Assembly (NCBI GenBank): GCA_014860625.1
Contig: JACZJJ010000119.1
Coordinates: 363 to 64,362, forward strand
Length of the DNA stretch: 64,000 nt
Direction of reading: 5' to 3'
DNA from: Bacteroidales bacterium
GTDB taxonomy: Bacteria; Bacteroidota; Bacteroidia; Bacteroidales; FEN-979
Shown here: positions 8,601 through 15,954 of the stretch, in pieces
Layout of the letters: each line of letters opens with the position of its first letter
How positions within the stretch are numbered: position 1 is the first letter of the stretch
Program-made: the position numbers and the translations under genes
Notes under the pieces: model-generated
Told to the model about the DNA's origin: nothing
Databases searched by the model: none
What the model saw: the letters and a program-made list of their open reading frames with translations, nothing else

Positions 8601-9328
8601 TATTCGGGGATGCCATAGCGAAGCCAGCCACCCGGATGGGGAGCTGCTTCATAAATGTCCACCTGATGTCCCTGAACCTGCATGAAGTATGCTACGGACA
8701 ATCCGCCGGGGCCTGCACCAATAACCGCTACTTTTTTCCCTGTTGAGGGCTGGATATCGGGGACAAATTTATCCGGAGATGCCAGATCCCAGTCTGCTGC
8801 GAACCGTTTCAGGTAATCGATTCCCACGGCAGCTCCTTCATCCAACAGGTTCCTGCGGCACTCCTTTTCACACGGGCGAACGCAAACGCGTCCGCAGATT
8901 GCGGGCAAAGGGTTGGTCTCTTTGATCAGGGCGATGGCATCGGAGTATTTTCCTTTTTCGATCAGGGAGATGTATCCCTGCACGTCGACGCCCGCCGGAC
9001 AAGTCTGCTTGCATGGTCCGAGACAGTCGGCATAGTGATTGCTCAGCATCAGCTCCAGCGCCATCTTGCGCGATTTCCGGATGGATTCATTGTATGTGGT
9101 GATCTTCATCCCTTCCGTAATCCGTGTTGAACAGGAGGGCTGATGGCCCCTCATTCCCTCTACCTCCACCACGCAAACGAAGCATGAGGAGTAGGGTTCG
9201 AGGCGATCATCGTTGCACAGGGTAGGGATCTCAATCCCGTTTCGGTTGGCAAGCTGGAGGATGGTTTCGCCAGGGGTTCCCTTAACGATCTTTCCGTCTA
9301 ATATGATATTTAATGATTGTTCAGACAT
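5615..9328 (-). CDS. fused oxidoreductase subunit: [2Fe-2S] ferredoxin + GltD-like NAD(P)H/FAD domain + NuoG-type FeS clusters + truncated molybdopterin-oxidoreductase-like domain
   Basis: N-terminal Fer2 (CNDDRLEPYSSCFVCVVEV). GltD-type motifs CGRVCVRPCEKEC, VAVIGAGPGGL, VVGGGNTAMDC and AAGDGVTGPATIIEAIAQ. NuoG-like CILCSRCVRIC and CESCGMCISTCP. MopB Fe4S4 CNYCSIGC...ICRFPRFG. The position of the Fdh Cys/Sec-His pair reads GSFHYLSR. Confidence 0.7.
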   Translation of the reverse strand: MSEQSLNIILDGKIVKGTPGETILQLANRNGIEIPTLCNDDRLEPYSSCFVCVVEVEGMRGHQPSCSTRITEGMKITTYNESIRKSRKMALELMLSNHYADCLGPCKQTCPAGVDVQGYISLIEKGKYSDAIALIKETNPLPAICGRVCVRPCEKECRRNLLDEGAAVGIDYLKRFAADWDLASPDKFVPDIQPSTGKKVAVIGAGPGGLSVAYFMQVQGHQVDIYEAAPHPGGWLRYGIPEYRLPNDILDQEVKNITDLGVQIFYNQKLGENLSYKTIADKYDATVLTIGSQIGTGVGCEGDDAGNVYSGIDFLKNMEVTEQHYDFSGKTIAVVGGGNTAMDCCRTSIRCHADKVYVIYRRTEKEMPANPIEIHESKLEGVEYLFLTLPQKINKNEKGDVETVTCIKMELGEPDASGRRRPVPVEGSEFNIKVDYILAAIGQKTDVNFIDDINTNTSAGELKINKWGDIDADRHTLQTGIPSVFAAGDGVTGPATIIEAIAQAQVAAHSANQFLRGQEIMPVNKPFTSKRENFKKQLREEYAGIFENQLREEMPVLDTDQRMNFTEVELGYAGEEVALHESQRCLECGCNAFFDCDLQQYSTDYNADQKGFAGAYKEYQVDFRHPYIEIDNNKCILCSRCVRICREVVGANALGLVNRGFETFVAPSLGDSLQDTYCESCGMCISTCPTGAISENVLFKPGPVRTTPAETICNYCSIGCSLTLNHLNGFVMNVSGAPGQVNEDGNICRFPRFGYSYLNDRSRITSPMKRVNGKFEKITFEEAFQMIFDQIRAVNPDDSAFFAGARLTNEEMYLVQKLARAGAKTGNIGSFHYLSRWQGYRMDEAMNTSFEEIGQASRIYLVGSEINRDNAVAGFMVSNARMKKHVPVVLVTTKEENAMDHKVDQVIKVKSYYYFIKAVNHFLLTAKMENALFLRDRVDGLTEYKEQMSKEDYPALLARAGVTEEEVKNFAEGYNNELNAIILYSEKEVSGNGAISLMNMAMITGKLGKTANGLIVLKEKNNAQGLFDMGINRKYGVGGRSLTDETYLKHLMEAWNVDSIPGPDSACLKTKLTQGKIKNLFIFGEDPVGCDTTGSFRMLIEQIPFKVVQDYFMTDTARMADLILPASFPAEIGGTFSNTQKVILEFDKVLPSRPEMDSIGQLIHILKQFGLNGVESREDVFSEIVQLLPQTEEEMPAEKLTLAYSANDNPNRYFDYGCDYLVKRFEEEFEERMMRDE

Positions 9329-9364
9329 TACAATGATTTTTTTGCTTTTTTGTGGTTTCTTTTT

Positions 9365-9424
9365 GCCCCTAACTCCCCTAAAGGGGACTTACTCCCTCCC
9401 CTTTAGGGGAGTGTTGGGGAGGGG
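9365..9424. repeat. REP-like GC-rich palindromic element
   Basis: ctcccctaaagggga / tcccctttaggggag inverted arms around a 9-nt loop, flanked by gcccct and ggggagggg. It ends directly at the TAA of the NuoF-like gene (9425). A 19-nt core (9374-9392) recurs reverse-complemented at 58928-58946. Confidence 0.75.
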
Positions 9425-11200
9425 TTATGTCAGGATAATTGAGTCAAACTTGCATTTCGAATAACACACGCCGCACTGGGTGCAAAGCTCCTGGCTGATG
9501 AGGTGTGGCTGTTTCCGTTCACCCGTAATGGCATTCGCCGGGCAGTTTTTCAGACAAACCATGCAGCCAGTGCATTTCTCCTGGTCAACGGTGTAAGTCA
9601 GCAGCGGCCGGCAAACCTTCGCGGGGCATTTCTGATGCACGATATGCGCTTCATACTCATCCCTGAAGTACTTGATGGTGGTGAGAACGGGGTTTGGCGC
9701 TGTCTGGCCAAGTCCGCACAGAGAGTTATCCTTGATCTCATAGGCAAGCTCCTCCAGCTTTTCGATATCGCCTTCACGTCCTTCCCTGTTGGTGATGCGT
9801 TCGAGGATTTCCAGCATCCTGACGGTTCCAACCCGGCAGAAGGTGCATTTCCCGCACGACTCCTTGCAGGTAAAGTCGAGGAAGAATTTGGCCACATCCA
9901 CCATGCAGGTGCTTTCGTCCATCACAACCATCCCGCCCGATCCCATGATCGCGCCGGTGGCATTCACCGAGTCATAATCCACAATTGTTTCGGAAAGGTA
10001 TTGAGGAATGCATCCGCCCGATGGCCCTCCCAGCTGAACAGCCTTGAACTTCTTGTCGTTCTTGATCCCGCCACCGAGTTTCATGATCACGTCGTTGATG
10101 GTGATGCCCATGGGCACCTCCACCAATCCCGAATTTCTGACTTTCCCGGCGAGGGCGAATACTTTTGTTCCCTTACTCTTTTCAGTGCCGTATTTGGAAA
10201 AGGCTTCGGCTCCATGGAGTACAATCCACGGGATGTTGTTTAAGGTCTCAACGTTGTTGATGTTGGTGGGTTTGCGCCACAATCCCGATTCAGCCGGAAA
10301 TGGCGGCCTTTTTCGCGGCATCCCGCGTTCCCCTTCAACGGAGGCGATGAGTGCGGTCTCTTCTCCGCAAACAAAAGCGCCGGCCCCTTCCTTGATATAG
10401 ATATCAAAGTTGAAATCTTTGTTTCCCAGAATCTCTTTCCCCAGATATCCTCTTTGACGGGCCTGATCCAGTGCGATGTTGAGCCGTTTGATCGCAAGCG
10501 GATATTCTGCCCTGCAGTAGATTACGCCGCCTGTAGCTCCTATGGAATAGGCTGCGATGATCATCCCTTCGAGAACCGAGTGTGGGTCACCTTCGAGAAT
10601 GCTGCGATCCATGAATGCTCCGGGGTCTCCCTCGTCGGCATTGCAGATCACATATTTCTCGTCGGATTGGTTCGCTTTGGCAAATTTCCACTTCAAGCCG
10701 GTGGGGAATCCACCGCCTCCGCGACCGCGAATCCCCGATTTGAGGATCGTATCAATCACCTGGTCGGCAGGGATCTTCTCTTCAATGATCCGTTTGATGG
10801 CTTTGTACCCGTCTCGGGCCTCGTATTCTTCAATCGATTCGGGATCCATGTAACCACAGTTCCTCAATACGATCTTTACCTGTGAATTCATGAAATCGTT
10901 CTCCGGAGCATCAAAGAGGTCGGTGTAAACGATAAAGTCCCTTATCGGATCGTGCTGGTTGACATGCTTCTCAATGACTTCGATTGCGCGCTCAGCATCA
11001 ACATCACCATAGATATAGGTTCCTGAATCGTCCACGATTTCAACGAGAGGCTCGCGGTAGCACATCCCGATGCAACTGGTTTTCTTCAGATCAAAATCGA
11101 GGTTGTCGCTCTCTTTGAGGGCTTTGATCTTGTCGTAGGTTTTATTAGCGCCGGCAGCAATTCCGCAGCTTCCAAGTCCGACGGTGACAGTAGTACTCAT
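9425..11200 (-). CDS. NuoF/HydB-like NADH-binding FMN iron-sulfur flavoprotein with N-terminal thioredoxin-like and C-terminal 2x[4Fe-4S] extensions
   Basis: GRGGGGFPTGLKWKF, CGKCTFCRVGT, and C-terminal CTGCMVCLKNCP / CTQCGVCYSKC. The ATG at 11200 (MSTTVTVGLGSCG) is preferred, because the listed TTG start at 11290 lies inside heptamer repeats. Confidence 0.8.
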   Translation of the reverse strand: MSTTVTVGLGSCGIAAGANKTYDKIKALKESDNLDFDLKKTSCIGMCYREPLVEIVDDSGTYIYGDVDAERAIEVIEKHVNQHDPIRDFIVYTDLFDAPENDFMNSQVKIVLRNCGYMDPESIEEYEARDGYKAIKRIIEEKIPADQVIDTILKSGIRGRGGGGFPTGLKWKFAKANQSDEKYVICNADEGDPGAFMDRSILEGDPHSVLEGMIIAAYSIGATGGVIYCRAEYPLAIKRLNIALDQARQRGYLGKEILGNKDFNFDIYIKEGAGAFVCGEETALIASVEGERGMPRKRPPFPAESGLWRKPTNINNVETLNNIPWIVLHGAEAFSKYGTEKSKGTKVFALAGKVRNSGLVEVPMGITINDVIMKLGGGIKNDKKFKAVQLGGPSGGCIPQYLSETIVDYDSVNATGAIMGSGGMVVMDESTCMVDVAKFFLDFTCKESCGKCTFCRVGTVRMLEILERITNREGREGDIEKLEELAYEIKDNSLCGLGQTAPNPVLTTIKYFRDEYEAHIVHQKCPAKVCRPLLTYTVDQEKCTGCMVCLKNCPANAITGERKQPHLISQELCTQCGVCYSKCKFDSIILT

Positions 11201-11241
11201 ATAGGGTTTCTTTAAGTTTTGTTTCTTCTTGAATAAGTCTT

Positions 11242-11265
11242 CAGTTGGCAGTTGGCAGTTGGCAG
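11242..11265. repeat. heptamer tandem repeat CAGTTGG x3.4 (reverse complement of the CTGCCAA family)
   Basis: Read directly, in the spacer between the NuoE-like and NuoF-like genes. Confidence 0.95.
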
Positions 11266-11277
11266 ATATTGCAATTT

Positions 11278-11305
11278 CTGCAGACTGCAAACTGCAGACT
11301 GCCCA
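11278..11305. repeat. heptamer tandem repeat CTGCAGA CTGCAAA CTGCAGA CTGCCCA
   Basis: Read directly. It abuts the NuoE-like TAG stop (11306-11308) and forms an imperfect inverted repeat (about 18/24) with 11242..11265. Confidence 0.95.
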
Positions 11306-11824
11306 CTAATTTTTCTCTGCCAGCCTGATGTTTTTAATCACTTTCACTGCAGCATTTCCGGTCAGTTTGCCATAAGTCTGGTCACCAATCATCATCACCG
11401 GGGCCAGCGAACAGCATCCCAGGCAGGCTACTGACTCGAGGGTAAAGAGGCGGTCTTCCGTCGTCTCCCCGTCTTTGACCTTCAATGCCTCTTCAATGGC
11501 TTCTGTGATCTCGTTGGCATTTTGCACATGGCAGGCGGTACCGTGGCATACCTTCACAATGTGCTTGCCAACAGGCTTCAGGCGGAACTGGGCGTAGAAA
11601 GTTGCTACCCCGAACATATCGCTAAGCGGGAGCCCGGTTCCGGCCGAGAGATGCTCGAAAGCCGCACGGGGGATAAAACCGTAGAGCTCCTGTGCTCCCT
11701 GAAGGAGGGGGATTACATTCCCCTTTTTGCCTTTGTACTTTTTGATCAATGGATCGAGTAGGGTGAGGTCGATCGCATCTGCTTCGGTAACGGCCTCTTT
11801 TTTGTACACTCTTGCAATTCGCAT
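11306..11824 (-). CDS. NuoE/HydC-like [2Fe-2S] thioredoxin-like ferredoxin subunit
   Basis: VCHGTACHV...ESVACLGCCSLAPVMMI cysteine pattern, 172 aa, directly upstream of the NuoF-like gene. Confidence 0.8.
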   Translation of the reverse strand: MRIARVYKKEAVTEADAIDLTLLDPLIKKYKGKKGNVIPLLQGAQELYGFIPRAAFEHLSAGTGLPLSDMFGVATFYAQFRLKPVGKHIVKVCHGTACHVQNANEITEAIEEALKVKDGETTEDRLFTLESVACLGCCSLAPVMMIGDQTYGKLTGNAAVKVIKNIRLAEKN

Positions 11825-11844
11825 AAAAATCTGGTTTTAAATCT

Positions 11845-14800
11845 TTATTTGGTTGGTTTCTTTGTCCCTTTGTCAAAGGTAATCACTGAGATTCTCTTTT
11901 TCCCGTCCATCCGAACGGTGAGGGGCTTCTCAAAGTGAGCGATGGAAAAATAGGTTGTTTTCTTAAGTTTGGGTTGTCTCTTCAGCACATCATACCGAAT
12001 GAAACTCCTGGAGAGTTCGGGCTGTACGCAGAAATAACCGACATTCATCGAGGTGACGTTGTGAAAAAAGTGCGATCCGGAGGAGGCATCCAGGGGAAAT
12101 CCTTCCAAACTCGTCTCCACAATCACTTTGGCATTGGATATCTGCGGCCAGGAGATTGGGATGCCGATCCATTTGTCGCGGGTGCCCCATCTGCCGGGAC
12201 CAATCAGGATATACTTCCTGTTCTCTTTCACCATCTCTGCGTTGATCCTTCCCATCTCTTCAGCCATTTCAAAGGTCTGTGATTTATCGAACGTATCGGG
12301 ATCAACAAACACCACATCATCGATGTCGCTGATCAGTCCGTTCCCCATCTCCTTTTCCGAATACAGCAAGATCTCCTCCTCGGGAATGGTCTTCATGTCG
12401 ATCACAAAATCTGTCGCATTCCCAATCAATGGTTTGATCTGAAGGAGATAAAAGGAGGCTTTGTTTTCCTTGTCCTTGTTCAGGTCAATCGCAAATTCAA
12501 TCTCAACAGGCGACCCCATTGCCTCCTGAACCACATCCAGCACCACATCTATGGTTTTGGCGAGGGGGATATAATTATATTTAAGGATATCGGCAAAGTT
12601 AATTACCCTGGGACCCGGATGGCTCAATCCCGGTATGATCCGGTTGTTTTCGGGGCTGAAGACAGAAGCGAGATGATTGAGGGTCCCTTGCCTTTCAGCA
12701 TCGTCGACATCCAGTTTCCTGAGGCCGGCATCCTCGCCCTCAAGCAGGTTTACATCTTTCTTGGCAAGGTCAACGGCATAGAAATGAACCTGGCTGCCTT
12801 TCAGCTGGTCTTCCGCCGAATTGATCTCCAGGTTGGGATAATGCGGAGAGAACCTGAACGCTTTCTCACCCTCTACAACAAACCGTCCCAGTCCCAGAGC
12901 GATCACGGCGAATCCCTCTTCGGGCTTCATATGGGCAAAAGGATAGTAGTTATACGACTGGGCCACACCACTGATATGCGGATAAAAAACATCTTCGTGC
13001 TGACTTCCAACTACCTCCTGAATTACAACGGCCATTTTTTCCTGTTCGATCCTGTAGTTAACCGCTTCAATATAGGCTTTGGCTGTCGGAGAATAAACCG
13101 ATGCGTAGACAAGCTTGATGGCATCTTTCAGTTGCTCCAGCCTGACTTTCGGATCCGGATGGTCGTTGGGGATGAGGTATGTCTCAAAGATGCCGGCGAA
13201 AGGCTGGTTCAGGGAGTCTTCGAACAGGCCGGAAGAGCGGATCGCCAAAGGCTTGTTCAAATGTTTGATCAGCACTTTCAGTTTCCGGATCAATGTTTCC
13301 GAAAGCCTTCCTTCGACAAACAGCCGTCGGATTTGCTGGTAATCAGTCTCCTGCACTGATCTTTCCCGAAGATGGTTTCGGTCAAGGAAATATTCAAATT
13401 CATCCGTTCCAACGATGGAGGTGGCAGGAGTGAGGATGTTGATGTTGGGGATGTGCCGTGAAAAGTCGTAGTTGTATATCAGGGTGTTGACAAATGCCAG
13501 TCCCCGGCCCTTCCCTCCCAGGGCTCCTTCTGTCAGGCTGACAATATTGGTGGCATCGGTGATGGAGGATTCTTCAAACGGGATCACCTTTCCTCTGCTC
13601 TGCTCGTTCCTGAAGTGGGAGATGACCGATATGAGGTATTCCCGCAGACTGGCGGCATCATTAAAGTCCGTTACCTTCGCCGGATTGAGAATCTTGGCAG
13701 CCTGGATCTCCCCCCGAGCCGTAAGCCAGAGGGAAAAATGGTCTTTCCTGGCATGGTAGAGAAGCGATTCTTCCGGAATGGTTTTCAACCTGTCTTCGAA
13801 TTCTTTGAGAGATCTCGCCAGTCCGATCTGTTTTCCATCATTGTCGCGGTAGATAAAATTGCCAAATCCAAGGTAATGTGTGATAAAGCTCCTGAAATCG
13901 ACGAGCAGCGTCTCTGAATTCTTATTGATGAAAGAGGTTTTAAGTTCATACGCTGTTACCGAGTTTGTATCGTCGGACGACTGCAGAACGATCGGCAGTT
14001 CCGGTGTCTCTTTCCGGGTTTGGTTGACAAGTGAGAATCCCGCAGTTTCATTGAGTTTACCATCCTTCTTAAACTTCACATCGGAGATCAGGCAGAGGAT
14101 AAACTCCTTGTATTTATTGAAGATATACATCGCCTCCTCGTAGGTGGAGGCGAGGAGGATTTTTGGACGGGCTTTCAGCCTGAGAATCCGGTAGAGTTCA
14201 TCGGTAGTAACATCTTCAATGATGTGTTTGGTTTGCTCGAGTACAATATTATAAAGCATCGGCAGGTAGAGCGAATAATATTGCGGCGAGTCTTCCACAA
14301 GCAGGATCACCCGCACCATACCCAGCCTCGTATCATTCTCGAGGTTGATCTTGTCCTCAAGGTAGTTGATCATGGCAAAAAAGATCCGCGTATCCCCATT
14401 CCATACAAAAACACGGTCAATCCAGCTCAGGCGATCGGATTCACTTTCAATAAGAGCCAGGTCGGTATTGCTGTTTAACAGCATAAAGACCGGGATATAC
14501 TGGAATTCAGCTTTAATGGTTTTGCTAAGCTCAATGGGGAATTGCTTGTCGACCCCCATCATAATTATCACCAGGTCGTAATGCTTGGAATGCAGTTGTT
14601 CCATCACCTCCTCAATCGAGGAGACACCGGTGATACGTGGCATCGTACTGAGACTCAACTGATAGAACTGGCCAAGCACATGCTCTGAGAATCGTCCCTC
14701 TTTTTCTATGCTGTAAGCGTCGTAAAGATTGGCTACAAGCAGAATCTCTCTCACCTTGAAAGGCATCAGGTCATGGTAAATGTCGCGGTTGTTGTTGGTA

Positions 14801-15738
14801 CGGTTCAGGAACGACTGAAGCAGACGACGGCTGGAGTTTTCATCGAAACTGTTTTCTCCCTGTTTATCCTTTTCTTCGGGCCTGGTGGTGCTCTTTTTAA
14901 GGATTGCCTTTCCCTTGATGGAGTTGAGATACCCGGTAATCAGATTGGAAAGGTTGATGATCAGGTCTCGCTCCTCTTCCAGGAAAGGCCCTTCAAATGC
15001 CTGCGGGAATGCCTTAACGTAGCAGATCTCAATGGAGCCGGTCTGGTTATCGATCGTCTCAAACACCTGCAATTGTTTCCATTGGGTCTCCCGGAAATTG
15101 GGACTCTGGACCTCAATATTTCCGTGTTTGATCCTGCATACGGTAAATTCGGGATACTGCCACGCCCTGGGAATTATCATGCAGATCTGGTGCATGGCTT
15201 CATCGGGTGGGGCTCCTGTACGAAGAATGCTGGTGGTTTGGTTTATTGCCGATAACTCTTTCAGCCGTTCCGTCGTGACGTAACGACCCTCTCTTCCCTT
15301 GATGGCGTTGAGGTATCCCTCGATCAAGCTGGAAAGTGTGTTGATCAGGTTCCTCTCCTCTTTCAGGAAGGGTCCTTCATACGCTTTTGGATACTCTTTC
15401 AGGTAGAAGACTTCCAGTGAACCTAAGAGATTGTCGATCGTTTGGAAAACCTGCTCCTGTTTCCATGCTGTTTCCCGGAAGTTGTTGGTGGTAAACTCCA
15501 TCTCATCGAACCGGATCCGAACCACAGTATGCTTGGGATATTGCCACGCTCGTGGCAGGACCTGGCAGATTCTGGTAAGGGTATCAGGTATGGACTTGTT
15601 TTCCTTAAGGATTGCCGTAGTATGATTGATCGCTGTGAGCTCTTTCAGCCGTTCACGATTATCGGACAGCAGTTTCTCAATGTCATTCGACTTGGCTGGA
15701 ATCTTTCCGGCGCGCTTTCTATCGTCCTTACCTGGCAT
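11845..15738 (-). CDS. 2x GAF-like + receiver domains + PPDK_N (ATP-grasp) protein; paralogue of 2010..4991
   Basis: ATG at 15738 (MPGKDDRK) is preferred over the listed TTG at 15837. There are two ~120-aa internal repeats (LKELTAINHTT... / LKELSAINQTT...). REC motifs are ILLVEDSPQYYS...LCLISDVKF...PIVLQSS. PPDK_N motifs are GGKGRGLAFV and LAIRSSGLFEDSLNQPFAGIFETY. The C-terminal block is ILIGPGRWGTRDKWIGIPISWPQIS...GSHFFHN. Confidence 0.65.
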   Translation of the reverse strand: MPGKDDRKRAGKIPAKSNDIEKLLSDNRERLKELTAINHTTAILKENKSIPDTLTRICQVLPRAWQYPKHTVVRIRFDEMEFTTNNFRETAWKQEQVFQTIDNLLGSLEVFYLKEYPKAYEGPFLKEERNLINTLSSLIEGYLNAIKGREGRYVTTERLKELSAINQTTSILRTGAPPDEAMHQICMIIPRAWQYPEFTVCRIKHGNIEVQSPNFRETQWKQLQVFETIDNQTGSIEICYVKAFPQAFEGPFLEEERDLIINLSNLITGYLNSIKGKAILKKSTTRPEEKDKQGENSFDENSSRRLLQSFLNRTNNNRDIYHDLMPFKVREILLVANLYDAYSIEKEGRFSEHVLGQFYQLSLSTMPRITGVSSIEEVMEQLHSKHYDLVIIMMGVDKQFPIELSKTIKAEFQYIPVFMLLNSNTDLALIESESDRLSWIDRVFVWNGDTRIFFAMINYLEDKINLENDTRLGMVRVILLVEDSPQYYSLYLPMLYNIVLEQTKHIIEDVTTDELYRILRLKARPKILLASTYEEAMYIFNKYKEFILCLISDVKFKKDGKLNETAGFSLVNQTRKETPELPIVLQSSDDTNSVTAYELKTSFINKNSETLLVDFRSFITHYLGFGNFIYRDNDGKQIGLARSLKEFEDRLKTIPEESLLYHARKDHFSLWLTARGEIQAAKILNPAKVTDFNDAASLREYLISVISHFRNEQSRGKVIPFEESSITDATNIVSLTEGALGGKGRGLAFVNTLIYNYDFSRHIPNINILTPATSIVGTDEFEYFLDRNHLRERSVQETDYQQIRRLFVEGRLSETLIRKLKVLIKHLNKPLAIRSSGLFEDSLNQPFAGIFETYLIPNDHPDPKVRLEQLKDAIKLVYASVYSPTAKAYIEAVNYRIEQEKMAVVIQEVVGSQHEDVFYPHISGVAQSYNYYPFAHMKPEEGFAVIALGLGRFVVEGEKAFRFSPHYPNLEINSAEDQLKGSQVHFYAVDLAKKDVNLLEGEDAGLRKLDVDDAERQGTLNHLASVFSPENNRIIPGLSHPGPRVINFADILKYNYIPLAKTIDVVLDVVQEAMGSPVEIEFAIDLNKDKENKASFYLLQIKPLIGNATDFVIDMKTIPEEEILLYSEKEMGNGLISDIDDVVFVDPDTFDKSQTFEMAEEMGRINAEMVKENRKYILIGPGRWGTRDKWIGIPISWPQISNAKVIVETSLEGFPLDASSGSHFFHNVTSMNVGYFCVQPELSRSFIRYDVLKRQPKLKKTTYFSIAHFEKPLTVRMDGKKRISVITFDKGTKKPTK

Positions 15739-15954
15739 GCTAAAATCGGGGATGGTCGTGCCAAAATTAACACAACTTTCGGAACTGAAAAAATTAAAAA
15801 GCAGCAGATGAGCATTGTAAGAATTATACCGAAACAAGCATCAGTGAAACACTTAGTTCGCATCCGAAATTCTCGTAAGTGTCTGAAAATAAGTAAATAA
15901 TATTGAAAAAACAAGAGGAATTCCTTGTTTCGAATAAAAACTTTTACTTAATAT

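Noticed and set aside
7529-8746. Long antisense ORFs: 405 aa here, and also 49601..50950 (449 aa), 9503..10243, 12619..13359, 23329..24042, 48242..48985, 57340..58077 and 59309..59974
   Set aside because: Each lies opposite a gene with clear family motifs. Their translations are compositionally odd (rich in H, R, G and V) with no recognisable domains. These are typical shadow ORFs.
5615-9328. Annotation as formate dehydrogenase alpha subunit or as glutamate synthase small subunit
   Set aside because: The MopB-like part is short and lacks the Cys/Sec-His catalytic pair at the expected position (it reads GSFHYLSR). The GltD-like part is embedded in a NuoG-like scaffold and no GltB gene is nearby. 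It is called a fusion oxidoreductase subunit instead.
11201-11290. N-terminal extensions proposed by the ORF track (NuoF-like 11290, guaD 31260, purC 27443, DsrE-like 44901, Kelch 39880, acyltransferase 46626, M16 54920, CarboxypepD_reg 50887, SAM hydrolase 26462)
   Set aside because: The extensions use TTG/GTG codons or run through repeat arrays, promoters or the neighbouring gene. Internal ATGs give canonical N-termini or signal peptides.
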